Notes under the pieces: model-generated
What the model was told of the DNA's origin: nothing
Database searches by the model: none
The model's input: the letters and a program-made list of their open reading frames with translations, nothing else
Shown here: one piece after another, positions 49,365 to 59,575 of the stretch
Layout of the letters: each line of letters starts with the position of its first letter
Position numbering within the stretch: the first letter of the stretch is position 1
Position numbers and translations under genes: made by a program
Assembly (NCBI GenBank): GCA_963677625.2
Contig: CAXXSW010000003.1
Location: forward strand, 25,594 to 89,593
Direction of reading: 5' to 3'
Source of the DNA: Vallitaleaceae bacterium
GTDB lineage: Bacteria > Bacillota > Clostridia > Lachnospirales > Vallitaleaceae
DNA length: 64,000 nucleotides

Positions 49365-49410
49365 AAAGGAGTGATTCCCTAGCATATAAACTTAGGAATG
49401 ACTCCTTTTT
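49365..49410. terminator. Bidirectional terminator between DUF4250 gene and ilvD
   Basis: AAAGGAGTGATTCCCTAG...TTAGGAATGACTCCTTTTT hairpin with T-rich tails on both strands. Confidence 0.7.
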
Positions 49411-49454
49411 AAATCTTGTCGTCACCGGAATATCTCACTTATAACTACATCGGA

Positions 49455-51179
49455 CTAATCAGTAACTGCACCAAGGTCTGCCGACTTTACCAGACGTGCA
49501 TATTTATTCAAGACTCCACGTTTATAACGATAATCCGGTTGGATCCAAGACTTCCTTCTCTGATCAAGTTCATCATCTGATAACAAAACATCCAACTGAT
49601 TATTACTTGAATCAATCCTAATGATATCACCTGACTTAATCAAACCAATAGGACCGCCAACAAAGGCTTCTGGTGCAACATGTCCAATGACAAAACCGTG
49701 AGATCCTCCTGAATACCTACCATCGGTCAGCATAGCAATTTTACCGCCTAAACCTTTACCAATAACAATAGCAGAAATTGACAACATTTCCGGCATACCT
49801 GGACCACCTTTTGGTCCCTGATACCTGATAACTACAACATCACCTTCCACAACCTCGTCTCTTAGAATCGCCTGAGTTGCTTCTTCTTCTGAGTCATAGA
49901 CCTTTGCCGGTCCTTCTAACTTCTTGACACTAAGGCCACTCATTTTGCAAACTGCTCCATTCGGTGCTAAATTTCCTTTCAAAACATATAAGGGGCCTTC
50001 CGGTTTAAGAGGCTGTTCAAAATCACGAATGATTTCCTGATGACTTGCAAGATCCGGTACACTCTCCAAATTCTCAGCAAGAGTTTTACCGGTTACAGTC
50101 ATACATTCCCCATGTAATAACCCTTTGGCAAGAAGTATTTTCATTACACCAGCCACACCACCAACATCACTTAAATCTTGCATAACATACTTGCCACTAG
50201 GTTTTAAGTCTGCCAAATGAGGGACTTTTTTCCTGATTCGCTCAAAGTCATTATAGTTAAGCTCTACATCTACGGCATGGGCAATTGCAGGTAAATGAAG
50301 AAAGGCATTAGTCGATCCTCCAAGAGCCATAACAACTGTAATAGCATTCTCAAAAGCCTTCTTCGTCATAATATCTTTAGGTGTCAGGCCAAGTTCCATC
50401 ATTCGGATAAGCTGTTCACCAGCCTCTTGACTTTCTGTCTTTTTACCACCTGAAACGGCTGATGTTGATGCATTATTAGGAAGAGACATACCCATAGCTT
50501 CAATAGCTGATGCCATAGTATTGGCCGTGTACATACCACCACAAGAGCCAGGTCCTGGGCAAGCCTTACACTCAATATCATGTAATTCCATCTCATCGAT
50601 TTCTCCCTTATTATACCGGCCTACCGCTTCAAAGGCAGAAACAATATCAATGTCCTGACCACTACGTTTGCCTGGCTGTATGGTACCACCATATACGAAG
50701 ATTGCAGGTAGATTCATTCGTCCAATTGCAATCATACATCCTGGCATATTTTTATCGCAGCCACCTATAGCTACTAAGCCATCCAAACGCTCGGCACCGA
50801 CAACCGTCTCAATTGAATCTGCAATAATTTCACGACTCGGTAGGGAATACCTCATACCTTCATGTCCCATAGCGATACCATCAGATACGGTAATCGTATT
50901 AAAGATCAAGGGGGCTCCTCCTCCACGTCTTATACCTTCTTTGGCTTCAAGAGCCAGTTTATCGATATGCATATTACAAGGAGTTACTTCACTCCATGTA
51001 GACGCTACTCCAACCATAGGTTTTTTAAAATCTTCATCCTTAAAACCTACCGCTCGAAGCATAGCTCGATTGGGTGTTCGGTTTACTCCTTCACTAATAT
51101 CTTTACTTTTATATCTAAGATCTTTATAAGATTGCTTACTTACTTCATGTGAACAACAGTTTTTTTCATGACATGCCAT
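49455..51179 (-). CDS. ilvD: Dihydroxy-acid dehydratase, [2Fe-2S]-type sequence
   Basis: [71 protein letters not shown]; start moved to ATG 51179 (GGGAG RBS). Confidence 0.96.
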   Translation of the reverse strand: MACHEKNCCSHEVSKQSYKDLRYKSKDISEGVNRTPNRAMLRAVGFKDEDFKKPMVGVASTWSEVTPCNMHIDKLALEAKEGIRRGGGAPLIFNTITVSDGIAMGHEGMRYSLPSREIIADSIETVVGAERLDGLVAIGGCDKNMPGCMIAIGRMNLPAIFVYGGTIQPGKRSGQDIDIVSAFEAVGRYNKGEIDEMELHDIECKACPGPGSCGGMYTANTMASAIEAMGMSLPNNASTSAVSGGKKTESQEAGEQLIRMMELGLTPKDIMTKKAFENAITVVMALGGSTNAFLHLPAIAHAVDVELNYNDFERIRKKVPHLADLKPSGKYVMQDLSDVGGVAGVMKILLAKGLLHGECMTVTGKTLAENLESVPDLASHQEIIRDFEQPLKPEGPLYVLKGNLAPNGAVCKMSGLSVKKLEGPAKVYDSEEEATQAILRDEVVEGDVVVIRYQGPKGGPGMPEMLSISAIVIGKGLGGKIAMLTDGRYSGGSHGFVIGHVAPEAFVGGPIGLIKSGDIIRIDSSNNQLDVLLSDDELDQRRKSWIQPDYRYKRGVLNKYARLVKSADLGAVTD

Positions 51180-51260
51180 CCAATCACTCCCTTCTAATTT
51201 CATACTAAAATCAGACATTCTATTTATAATTATATATAAGTCTTGTTTTATTTGTATATC

Positions 51261-51289
51261 ATTATGACCTAATTGATAATTATTGTCAA
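51261..51289 (-). promoter_or_regulatory. ilvD sigma-A promoter overlapped by a Fur-type box
   Basis: TTGACA (51289-51284)-17-CATAAT (51266-51261); TGATAAT-T-ATTGTCA at 51274-51288, one mismatch to the 7-1-7 Fur consensus. Confidence 0.65.
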
Positions 51290-51507
51290 TTAAACTCAAG
51301 TAAAAAAATAACAGCTCCAGGTCCGTAATCTTTCAAACGCGCCTTGAGCTGCTGGTTTTTCTTTGATTTTCTGTTATAGACTTTATCACTTTTATGATAT
51401 CCTGTACCACCTTTCACAATACCTTCATGTCGACTAAGCTTTCCTTTTCGCTTCAACATCAAGTCTTTACCTGAAATGGTTGCAACTTTTAGTTTCTTGG
51501 CCATCAT
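51286..51507 (-). CDS. Small basic protein, candidate ArfA/BrfA-like ribosome rescue factor made from a non-stop mRNA
   Basis: 73 aa, 19 K/R; [19 protein letters not shown]; own promoter; intrinsic terminator within codons 53-69. Confidence 0.6.
   Translation of the reverse strand: MMAKKLKVATISGKDLMLKRKGKLSRHEGIVKGGTGYHKSDKVYNRKSKKNQQLKARLKDYGPGAVIFLLEFN
51302..51351 (-). terminator. Intrinsic terminator inside the 73-aa ORF, upstream of its stop codon
   Basis: CAGCTCAAGG...CCTGGAGCTG stem (9/10) followed by TTATTTTTTT; stop codon is at 51288-51286. Confidence 0.75.
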
Positions 51508-51544
51508 GTACCTTCTTTCTATACAAACTCATTCTTACACTCTC

Positions 51545-51573
51545 ATTGTATATGCGGCCATCTTACCTGTCAA
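51545..51573 (-). promoter_or_regulatory. Near-consensus sigma-A promoter of the 73-aa ORF
   Basis: TTGACA (51573-51568)-17-TACAAT (51550-51545). Confidence 0.85.
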
Positions 51574-51602
51574 CATTTCTAATGAACTTCTAATCCATCT
51601 CC

Positions 51603-52796
51603 TTATTCCCAAGTAACTTGTAGCTTGTGGGCAACAAAAAGATTTACCAAAGATAAGACTGAAACCATAAAAAATACATATTGAGGTCCAATTAAGGTCC
51701 ACACAGCACCAAAAACGACAGCAAAGATAATACTCATAAAATGGTCCATGCTGATTCCCAGTGAAAGTGTGGGCGTTATATCCTCAGGCACAAGAGCAAT
51801 TTTTTTAAGGTAAACAGTCCTAATAATACCCATTTGAGAAGACATCTTGTCTATAACAAATAAAACATACGCCAATCCTACTGGCCAACCACTGGTAGCA
51901 AGAACTCCTGTTACATAACCAACACATAGCATACCATAGGCAAAATAAACTGTTACAAATGAAATGGCATCTACATAAAGCATCTTCTTAACACCAAACC
52001 GGTCGATCCACCGTCCTAAGGCCGGGATAAAAAAGACACCTACAAACAACCCAACCATTACCAAGCCTGCAATTGTATCGGTTTCCTTACCCAGTAGTTC
52101 AATAAGAACCCAGGGTCCATAAACCATCATCATCTGCTTTTGAACACCAAACATAATAACTAATATATAGTAAAACTTATATTCTTTTCTAAAAACAAAC
52201 TTCGTCTTCTTCGGATGATTGCCTTCAATATGCATAGCTTGATTCAAATACACAATAAGAAAGAAAATAATAACAAATAATACCGCTGCAATGAGAAATG
52301 GGAGCTTCACATCCCTCTTAAAAGAAAAAACATCGAAATAGAAACCTGCAAAAACCACTCCTGCACCTAGCATTTCCATACCTGTAAAAAGTCCCTTAAA
52401 TTGTCCCAACCGCCGTCCGACTTTTTCCGGTTCAGCCAGAGCTATACCAATACTGTCCTGCATAGGATGAAAAAGGTGCATCCCTGCCGAATTAATAAAT
52501 ACAAAAACCATCATAAGAGAGAAACTAGGCGTTGTTAGGCCAAGTACAACTATACCTATAAAACTCAAAATCTGAGCTATCATAGATATCTTAATATCGC
52601 TAAGCCTAGCTAGTAAGGCTATTATCAAAATCAACAGTAATCCTGGTGCTTCACGAGGTATTTCCAATAATCCTCTCTGGAAGGCAGTCACCTGGTAAGC
52701 ATCTTTAAAAAAGTTTTGAATTACATCATTGGTCATAGCTAGTGCAAAAGCCGTTAATCCAATGACAACAAAGTAGAGTTTCATTGCTCTTTTCAT
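51603..52796 (-). CDS. MFS transporter
   Basis: 12-TM pattern, LGRWIDRFGVKK loop motif. Confidence 0.88.
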   Translation of the reverse strand: MKRAMKLYFVVIGLTAFALAMTNDVIQNFFKDAYQVTAFQRGLLEIPREAPGLLLILIIALLARLSDIKISMIAQILSFIGIVVLGLTTPSFSLMMVFVFINSAGMHLFHPMQDSIGIALAEPEKVGRRLGQFKGLFTGMEMLGAGVVFAGFYFDVFSFKRDVKLPFLIAAVLFVIIFFLIVYLNQAMHIEGNHPKKTKFVFRKEYKFYYILVIMFGVQKQMMMVYGPWVLIELLGKETDTIAGLVMVGLFVGVFFIPALGRWIDRFGVKKMLYVDAISFVTVYFAYGMLCVGYVTGVLATSGWPVGLAYVLFVIDKMSSQMGIIRTVYLKKIALVPEDITPTLSLGISMDHFMSIIFAVVFGAVWTLIGPQYVFFMVSVLSLVNLFVAHKLQVTWE

Positions 52797-52867
52797 TGTC
52801 TATCTCCTCACAAATACCATAGAATACATCCCACCTTACAGGTAGTTTTAAGCTTCCAATTTTCCTT

Positions 52868-54328
52868 TTAATCTTTTTTCTTCTTTATTTTTATTACTTT
52901 AACACGCTTACCTTTTACATTTACTAGTTTTTTCAATACAAGATTTCCCTTGTGATTCATAATATCCACATAGGTACAGGTATCTCTTATATCAACAATA
53001 CCAATATCATCTCCTTCTATACCTTCTATACTTGAAATAGCACCGACTATATCCAAGGTTCGGATTTTTTTCTTTTTTCCAATACCAATCCTTATCTTAA
53101 TCACATCACTAGCCACTTGAATTTTTTGTCTCTTTTCCTGGTAGACATCCTTTTTTTCTACTCTTTCTTTCATCAATTGTCTAGTATGATTCCTGGAATT
53201 TTTAGAGAAATCATGATAATCGTCACCAAGAAAAACTTTCAAGTCGGTAGTAGGCTTCGGTAAGTCAAGAAACTTTTCAATTTCCTTAAGTTCCTTTATT
53301 TCATTAGTATCAATAAATGAAATCGCCTGGCCCACCTCATCTTTGCGACCTGTACGACCAATCCTATGGGTATAATTCTCACTAATCAGTGGTAAACTAT
53401 AGTTAATAACCAAATCCAGACTATCTACATGGATACCTCTTGCAGCAAGATCAGTTGCAACTAGACACATGGCATCTCCTTTTTTAAAGGCATCAATGGT
53501 TCTTAAACGCTCTCTTTGGTTCATTCCACCATGTAATTTCAAGCCACTTATACCAGCACTTTTAATCTGACCATACAGGTTATCAACCTCCACTTTGGTA
53601 TTACAGAAAATCATGCAGGTAAAGGGTTTATATCTATTAAGTATCAATTCCAAAAGCTTGAACTTATCAAGGTCTTCAACCAAAATGTTAATTTCATGAA
53701 TTTCAGGTGGTTCTTCTTCTATTTCAACCCATTTAGGTTCTCTCATCCGTTCATCACATATTGTTCGAATATCATCAGGCATAGTGGCCGAGAAAAGTAA
53801 AGTAGTTATATCTAAAGGCATCTTATCAAAACAAAACTCAATATCTTCCAAAAAACCTCTCCTAAGAAGTTCATCGGCTTCATCAAGAACAAAAAATTCC
53901 ATATCATCTAAGACTAAGTCTCCTCGTCGAATAAGGTCTATGACTCTACCAGGTGTACCCACCACAATATGAACCCTTTGCTTAAGCTGGTTAATTTGCT
54001 TTGTAATACTTTGTTTGCCATAGACGACCAAACTTCGGATCTTCTTGTATCGCCCAATCGCTTGGATTTCTTCATATACTTGAACTGCCAATTCTCTTGT
54101 TGGTGTCAATACCAAAGCCTTAGGACCAGATATTTCCACATCAATTTTATCCACAAGGGGGATGGCATAGGCTGCCGTTTTTCCACTACCTGTCTTGGCT
54201 TTTACCACAAGGTCCTTCCTCTTTAGGATAATTTCAATAACTTGGGCTTGAACAGGTGTTGCTTCTTTAAAACCCATTAAAGCAATTGCTTTATTCACTT
54301 CATCACTTACGATTGTCTTAAAATCCAT
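52868..54328 (-). CDS. dbpA: DEAD-box RNA helicase with DbpA RNA-binding domain
   Basis: AKTGSGKT, PTRELA, DEAD, SAT, HRIGRTGR; C-terminal GKKKKIRTLDIVGAI...IGIVDI. Confidence 0.88.
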   Translation of the reverse strand: MDFKTIVSDEVNKAIALMGFKEATPVQAQVIEIILKRKDLVVKAKTGSGKTAAYAIPLVDKIDVEISGPKALVLTPTRELAVQVYEEIQAIGRYKKIRSLVVYGKQSITKQINQLKQRVHIVVGTPGRVIDLIRRGDLVLDDMEFFVLDEADELLRRGFLEDIEFCFDKMPLDITTLLFSATMPDDIRTICDERMREPKWVEIEEEPPEIHEINILVEDLDKFKLLELILNRYKPFTCMIFCNTKVEVDNLYGQIKSAGISGLKLHGGMNQRERLRTIDAFKKGDAMCLVATDLAARGIHVDSLDLVINYSLPLISENYTHRIGRTGRKDEVGQAISFIDTNEIKELKEIEKFLDLPKPTTDLKVFLGDDYHDFSKNSRNHTRQLMKERVEKKDVYQEKRQKIQVASDVIKIRIGIGKKKKIRTLDIVGAISSIEGIEGDDIGIVDIRDTCTYVDIMNHKGNLVLKKLVNVKGKRVKVIKIKKKKD

Positions 54329-54595
54329 TTTTTCTCCAATACTGACCTAATGGCTTATTTTCATCTCATTATACTTCAAACCGACATAGGACACAATTAC
54401 CAGTAATTAAAAGATTAGGCAAATCTGTTTCTAACGACATCTGAAAACCATTATCTTTCTTATTTCTACCTATCTATTTATGAATGATGTTTGAACTTGT
54501 TAACCTAAAGTTATCTTTCCATTAAAGGTCTGCAAACCCCATTGTTCTATATAGACATTTGGCCTATTATATGAATTAGGCTATAATTTAACGAG

Positions 54596-56353
54596 GTGGA
54601 ACAAGTGGATAAAACAATTTTTCAGATTATACATGACGAGGACATATCAACTCTGTATCAACCCATAGTCAACCTAATAACAGGTGAAACAATGGGTTAC
54701 GAAGCCTTAAGCAGGGGACCTGAATGGTCTCAATTCTTTTCTCCTCTTGCTTTAATTGAGGAAGCTGATAGACATGGTCTCAATTATGAAATAGAGTACC
54801 TATTCAGAAAAAAAGCTATCAACAATGTTCAAGGACTTAAATCTAATCAGAGGCTTTTTATTAATGTTAATCCTAAAATCTTAAAACTAGACCGAATTCA
54901 AAAAGGTGAAACCCGACGTATGCTAGTTAAAAAGGGTATGAATCCGACTAATATAGTACTGGAATTGACAGAAAGATCTATGATTTCTGACTATAATGCT
55001 TTTAACGACATCCTTAACTACTATAAGGAACAGGATTATAAAATTGCAATTGATGATGTCGGTGCTGGCTATTCAGGCCTTCGTACCATACGCGAAACCC
55101 AACCACACTTTATAAAAATAGATATGGAATTGATTAGGAATATTGATCAGGATACCATTAAAGAGGCAATGATCAAGGCTTTTCTTAACTTTTCCATCAC
55201 GACTAATATCCGTATAATCGCTGAGGGTATAGAGACAGAAAACGAATTAACAAAACTTATTGAAATGGGTGTTCACTACGGACAAGGTTATTTTCTCCAA
55301 CGTCCTCAAAAAAAACTTAATAATATAAGATCAGATGTTATTGACTTAATCAAGTCAAAAAACACTAGCGCCAAAGATATGCATCTCTTTAAGGATGCCA
55401 AGGATATGATTGGTCCATTGGTTAATCCGACTTCATTTGCCTTAAGCCATATCTCATGCGATGATATAAAAAAGAAATTTGACTACAATGATTTCGAAGG
55501 TTTAACCATCATTGATGACAAAAACAAACCTCTTGGAATTGTAATGCGAGAAAATCTCCTTAGCATCTTATCCTCTAGATATGGACTTTCTCTTTATACA
55601 AAAAAGAAAATCAGCCATATCATGGATATAGATTTTCTTATGGTTGATTATCATACCACTATCTCCGAAGTATCAACAAAAGCGATGTCTAGAGACAAAT
55701 CCAAACTATATGATATCATTGTAGTCACTAGGCAGGGGGAATACTATGGAACCCTATCCATTAACTCTCTTCTACAGCACTTAATCACTCATGAGACACA
55801 AATAGCCAAAGAATTAAATCCATTAACAAGGCTACCAGGTAATATTATCATCAATAGGGTCCTTAATGATATAATACTTTATAATCCATCTTGTGCAACG
55901 GTCTATTTGGATTTTGATTCCTTCAAACCCTATAATGATATATACGGCTTTGAAAGTGGTGATCAATTCATAAAAAGGGTTTCTGAAATCATTGTGCGCA
56001 CCATCAAGAATGAATTACCCTATAATAGCTTTATAGGTCATATTGGTGGTGATGATTTCATTTTCATTCTGGAAACTAGTAAAGAAAAGGCTTTAGAAAT
56101 CTGCCAGGAAATCATTGATAAATTTGAAGCAAGCAAGGCTCGCTTTTTTTCTAAGGAAGACTTTGAAAAGGGCTATATAACAGCCTTTGATAGAGACGGT
56201 ATCATGCGTAACCACAGCTTAACTACTTTATCTATATCTGGCATTTACAACAACTTAGATAGATTCAAAACCGTAGAAGAATTATCCAAACATATGACAA
56301 CATTAAAAAAAGAGGCAAAATCAATAGAAGGCAATGCTATTGTCATCACATAG
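54596..56353 (+). CDS. EAL-CBS-GGDEF protein
   Basis: YEALSRGP, LFINVNP, IAIDDVGAGYSGL, QGYFL; CBS pair; GHIGGDDF. Confidence 0.93.
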   Translation: MEQVDKTIFQIIHDEDISTLYQPIVNLITGETMGYEALSRGPEWSQFFSPLALIEEADRHGLNYEIEYLFRKKAINNVQGLKSNQRLFINVNPKILKLDRIQKGETRRMLVKKGMNPTNIVLELTERSMISDYNAFNDILNYYKEQDYKIAIDDVGAGYSGLRTIRETQPHFIKIDMELIRNIDQDTIKEAMIKAFLNFSITTNIRIIAEGIETENELTKLIEMGVHYGQGYFLQRPQKKLNNIRSDVIDLIKSKNTSAKDMHLFKDAKDMIGPLVNPTSFALSHISCDDIKKKFDYNDFEGLTIIDDKNKPLGIVMRENLLSILSSRYGLSLYTKKKISHIMDIDFLMVDYHTTISEVSTKAMSRDKSKLYDIIVVTRQGEYYGTLSINSLLQHLITHETQIAKELNPLTRLPGNIIINRVLNDIILYNPSCATVYLDFDSFKPYNDIYGFESGDQFIKRVSEIIVRTIKNELPYNSFIGHIGGDDFIFILETSKEKALEICQEIIDKFEASKARFFSKEDFEKGYITAFDRDGIMRNHSLTTLSISGIYNNLDRFKTVEELSKHMTTLKKEAKSIEGNAIVIT

Positions 56354-56395
56354 ATAATGGCATTGCCTTTTCTACCACTCATCCCTCCATCAGAA

Positions 56396-58084
56396 TCAGG
56401 ATGTTGCCTCTTTACTTAATATATCATATCTAAGGGGAAATTCAGCCTCTATAACAAACCCTTCACCATCTTCAGACCAGAAGCTGACTCTTCCCTCAAC
56501 TGATTCCAGCCTTCTTTCCATAGTGGTCAAACCTCGTCCCTTAACAATATGATCACAACCTATACCGTTATCCTTCATTTTTAGATGAACCCATTCATTA
56601 AAACAAGTCAATTCAACCTGAATGGCATTGGCTCTTCCATTAAAGAAAGCATTGTTGATTCCTTCCATACAGGTTTTATAGATAATCATTCCGTACTCTT
56701 CATCATAGTTAATATAATCATCAATGAGGTCCCACTTAAAATCTATTGAGACACCAATACCTTCAAGTCTTTTAAAAAGCGACTTAATGGCATTTATTAA
56801 GCCGACTTCTTTAATATTAACTGGCGTCAGTTCATCAAGAATCCTTCGTAGGTGAAGGCGAATCTGCTTAGAAGCTTCATAGGCAACTCCCATGCAGCGT
56901 ATGACATTCTCCCTATTTTCATAATGCTTTATGGAATAATCAAGATTCATAGAAACCACGTTAATCATATTACTCAGATTATCATGAATATCTCCCGATA
57001 TTCTATTTCGCTCTTCTTTCAGCATTCCCATGGAGTGAATAGTTCTGTTGGCTATCTTCATCACTGCACCCTGAACAGACCCTTCTTGGTCTTTTACATA
57101 ACGAAGAATCATGGAATAATATCGTCGTCCTCCTGGACTTTCCACGATAAAATAATGGTCAATCAACTCCTGGTGAATTTCTATTGACTCAATAATCTTA
57201 TTTAGTTTGGACACATTCCGGTTATACTGTTTCAATTGATCAATAAAAGAATATATACTGTGACAGGTTTCCAACTGGACCATGGCAGAAAACTCATCTA
57301 GAGCAGCTCCATTATATTCTGCTATACTATAGTCTTTATCGAGAATCAAGATGGCCTCTTCATTGTCTTTAAAAACATCCATGGCAGCATTCTGGATTAC
57401 CCCAAAAGCCTTATATCTAAAGATAGCAAGTGATAAGAACATAGCAAACAAGGAAAAGGTAACAGGCGTATAGTCAAAACCCGCCTGAGGCAGAATCCCT
57501 ATCCTCAATCCAATATTTGTCACTAGGGTAATAAAGGGACCGAGAATAACAAAAACAATACGTTTTTTAAGGATCTTATAGTCATGAATGGCCTTGGCCA
57601 GAATAATAACAATACCAGCCATTATATAAATATATCCTAAAGTGAAATTCAACTGGGTAAATATACCCCAAATGGTATCCGCAGGATGTTCATATGTTTT
57701 TTCAATAATAATCAGATGAAAATACTTATTTCCAAATGCAGGCAAATAAAGCAAAAGTTTTGGTGCAATAATCAATGCAATAATTTTCTTGTTCTTCAAA
57801 CTAATAATTTTGGCATAAACTAAAGCAAAGATTAACCAAGTCGCACTGCACATAACAATAGGAAATAAGCTGAATCGCACAAAAATAAGAAGCTCTTCTT
57901 GACTTGAGGCTTGAACTTCATTCATACCTAAAATCAACCATAAGCTGACAATCACTTCATTAACCATCAACATATAAAAAGCATCTGAACGTTTTATTTT
58001 AATATAAGTAAACGTCATGGTAACTGTACATTGAACAAGTACTATTGAATAGACAATAATACACAGACTTCTGTTCCAATCCAT
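56396..58084 (-). CDS. Histidine kinase with N-terminal 7TM domain, PAS-like segment and HisKA_3 (NarX-type) core
   Basis: ERNRISGDIHDNLS, EGINNAFFNG, KDNGIG, GRGLTTMERR. Confidence 0.85.
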   Translation of the reverse strand: MDWNRSLCIIVYSIVLVQCTVTMTFTYIKIKRSDAFYMLMVNEVIVSLWLILGMNEVQASSQEELLIFVRFSLFPIVMCSATWLIFALVYAKIISLKNKKIIALIIAPKLLLYLPAFGNKYFHLIIIEKTYEHPADTIWGIFTQLNFTLGYIYIMAGIVIILAKAIHDYKILKKRIVFVILGPFITLVTNIGLRIGILPQAGFDYTPVTFSLFAMFLSLAIFRYKAFGVIQNAAMDVFKDNEEAILILDKDYSIAEYNGAALDEFSAMVQLETCHSIYSFIDQLKQYNRNVSKLNKIIESIEIHQELIDHYFIVESPGGRRYYSMILRYVKDQEGSVQGAVMKIANRTIHSMGMLKEERNRISGDIHDNLSNMINVVSMNLDYSIKHYENRENVIRCMGVAYEASKQIRLHLRRILDELTPVNIKEVGLINAIKSLFKRLEGIGVSIDFKWDLIDDYINYDEEYGMIIYKTCMEGINNAFFNGRANAIQVELTCFNEWVHLKMKDNGIGCDHIVKGRGLTTMERRLESVEGRVSFWSEDGEGFVIEAEFPLRYDILSKEATS

Positions 58085-58209
58085 ATTAGACTCCCTCTCA
58101 CAAAAAAACTCTCTCTACCATCATTATTTTACCACTCTGTATAACAATCAGCAAATTAAATTTAGTGTGAGATGGGTGTCTTTTAACATGGATAAAAAAT
58201 TACAATATT

Positions 58210-58833
58210 CTATGCCACTAATTCATCAACTACGGCATAAACCGGATCCAATCTTTCTTCATCAGACTGACCAGGGATAGCAACACCTTCAATAAGGACT
58301 TGGGATATATCAGTCACGCCCATAAAATTTAATACTGTCTCAAGATAGTTGGAGCCGTGTTCCATTCCTGTCGTCTCAGAATTACTATAGAAACCACCTG
58401 AAGCCTGAATGACGGTTGCCTTTTTATCTTTCATTAGTCCTACTGGTCCATTCTCTGTATAATAAAAGGTTTCACCAGCAATCATAACATTGTCTATATA
58501 GGCCTTAAGCATTGGTGTGACAGAAAAATTCCAAAGAGGTGTGACAAAAACATATTCATCAGCCTCTTTAAACTGACTAAGAATTTCATTCATTCTTTCC
58601 ACCTTTTCCTGCTGATTGGCAGAAAGGTCTGCAAAATCATTACCTGCTCTTAGACTTGCCCAAGCACCTAAAACATCCTCATCAATCAATGGTACGAATG
58701 CTTCATATACATTAAAGACCTCAACTTGGACCTCTTGATTTTCCATCTTACCTAGTAAATATTCGCCAACTCGACGGCTGTATGATGCTTGAGTGTTTTG
58801 TGGATTCCCGTTTATATAAAGTATCTTTTTCAT
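58210..58833 (-). CDS. azoR: FMN-dependent NADH-azoreductase
   Basis: TPLWNFSVTPMLKAYIDNV, AGETFYYTENGPVGL, ASGGFYS. Confidence 0.92.
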   Translation of the reverse strand: MKKILYINGNPQNTQASYSRRVGEYLLGKMENQEVQVEVFNVYEAFVPLIDEDVLGAWASLRAGNDFADLSANQQEKVERMNEILSQFKEADEYVFVTPLWNFSVTPMLKAYIDNVMIAGETFYYTENGPVGLMKDKKATVIQASGGFYSNSETTGMEHGSNYLETVLNFMGVTDISQVLIEGVAIPGQSDEERLDPVYAVVDELVA

Positions 58834-58903
58834 GTTCTTCCTCCTGAATTGTAAAGTGATAATGTGACTTTGTTATTTTTTAAACTTATTATTCCAAATT
58901 AGT

Positions 58904-58922
58904 TATTCTTAATTTTAAGATA
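58904..58922. promoter_or_regulatory. MarR/MhqR-like operator upstream of azoR
   Basis: TATTCTTAATTTTAAGATA palindrome, similar to the site at 59410. Confidence 0.5.
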
Positions 58923-58946
58923 TAAAATCGAATAAAAAGACTTCTT

Positions 58947-59391
58947 TTATTCTTTTTCAAAAGCACGTCCAATAAGCTTCATATTAGCAGTTGTATCCTC
59001 AAGCACTTGGTGTTCAACAACACTAAAATTTTCTTTAATATGTTTCATATGCTCTTTCATCATTTCAGACCACTTACTTCTGCCTTCAGTTGTAAAATCG
59101 ATATAAATACGTCTCCTGTCTTCTGGACATCTAAGGCGCTTAATCCAACCTTTTTTCTCAGTTTATCAATCGTATAAGTCATATTTCCAGATGTCATGGA
59201 AATCCTATCTCCAATATCCTGAATAGTCAGAGAGCCATTAGATGCAATAGCATACATAATCATGAATTCCGTTTTGTTGATACCTAACTTCTAATATGTC
59301 CTTCCACTTTATTAAGGACAGAGGCCTGCATCTTACCAAGAACAATCATAAACTTAACTTCTGGTATATTATTAAACTCTTTCATATCCAT
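58947..59391 (-). pseudogene. MarR-family regulator (MhqR-like), several frameshifts as sequenced
   Basis: Frame-hopping reconstruction: MDMKEF...LGINKTEFMIMYAI...ISMTSGNMTYTIDKLxKKGWIKR...PEDRRRIYIDFTTEG...AFEKE*. Confidence 0.8.
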
Positions 59392-59409
59392 GGTGTGTGC
59401 CTCCTCATA

Positions 59410-59427
59410 TATCTCAAATTTAAGATA
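59410..59427. promoter_or_regulatory. MarR/MhqR-like operator upstream of the marR gene
   Basis: TATCTCAAATTTAAGATA palindrome, resembles the Bacillus MhqR ATCTnnAAnTTnnAGAT-type site. Confidence 0.55.
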
Positions 59428-59575
59428 ATTAAATTATATATGATGATACCAATCTTGTCAAGATGTGTTTATACTGTTTTTGAATAAAACTTATCATTTA
59501 TCTATAACGCACTAAAGACTTCCTAAGTAATGTACTAATTAAACTAATGACGAACACTAAAGAATGAGGTTACCT

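Noticed and set aside
54410-54545. GGCAAA-containing segment upstream of the EAL/GGDEF gene as a c-di-GMP-I riboswitch
   Set aside because: It lacks the GAAA tetraloop stem and the following GACGCAAA/tetraloop-receptor elements.
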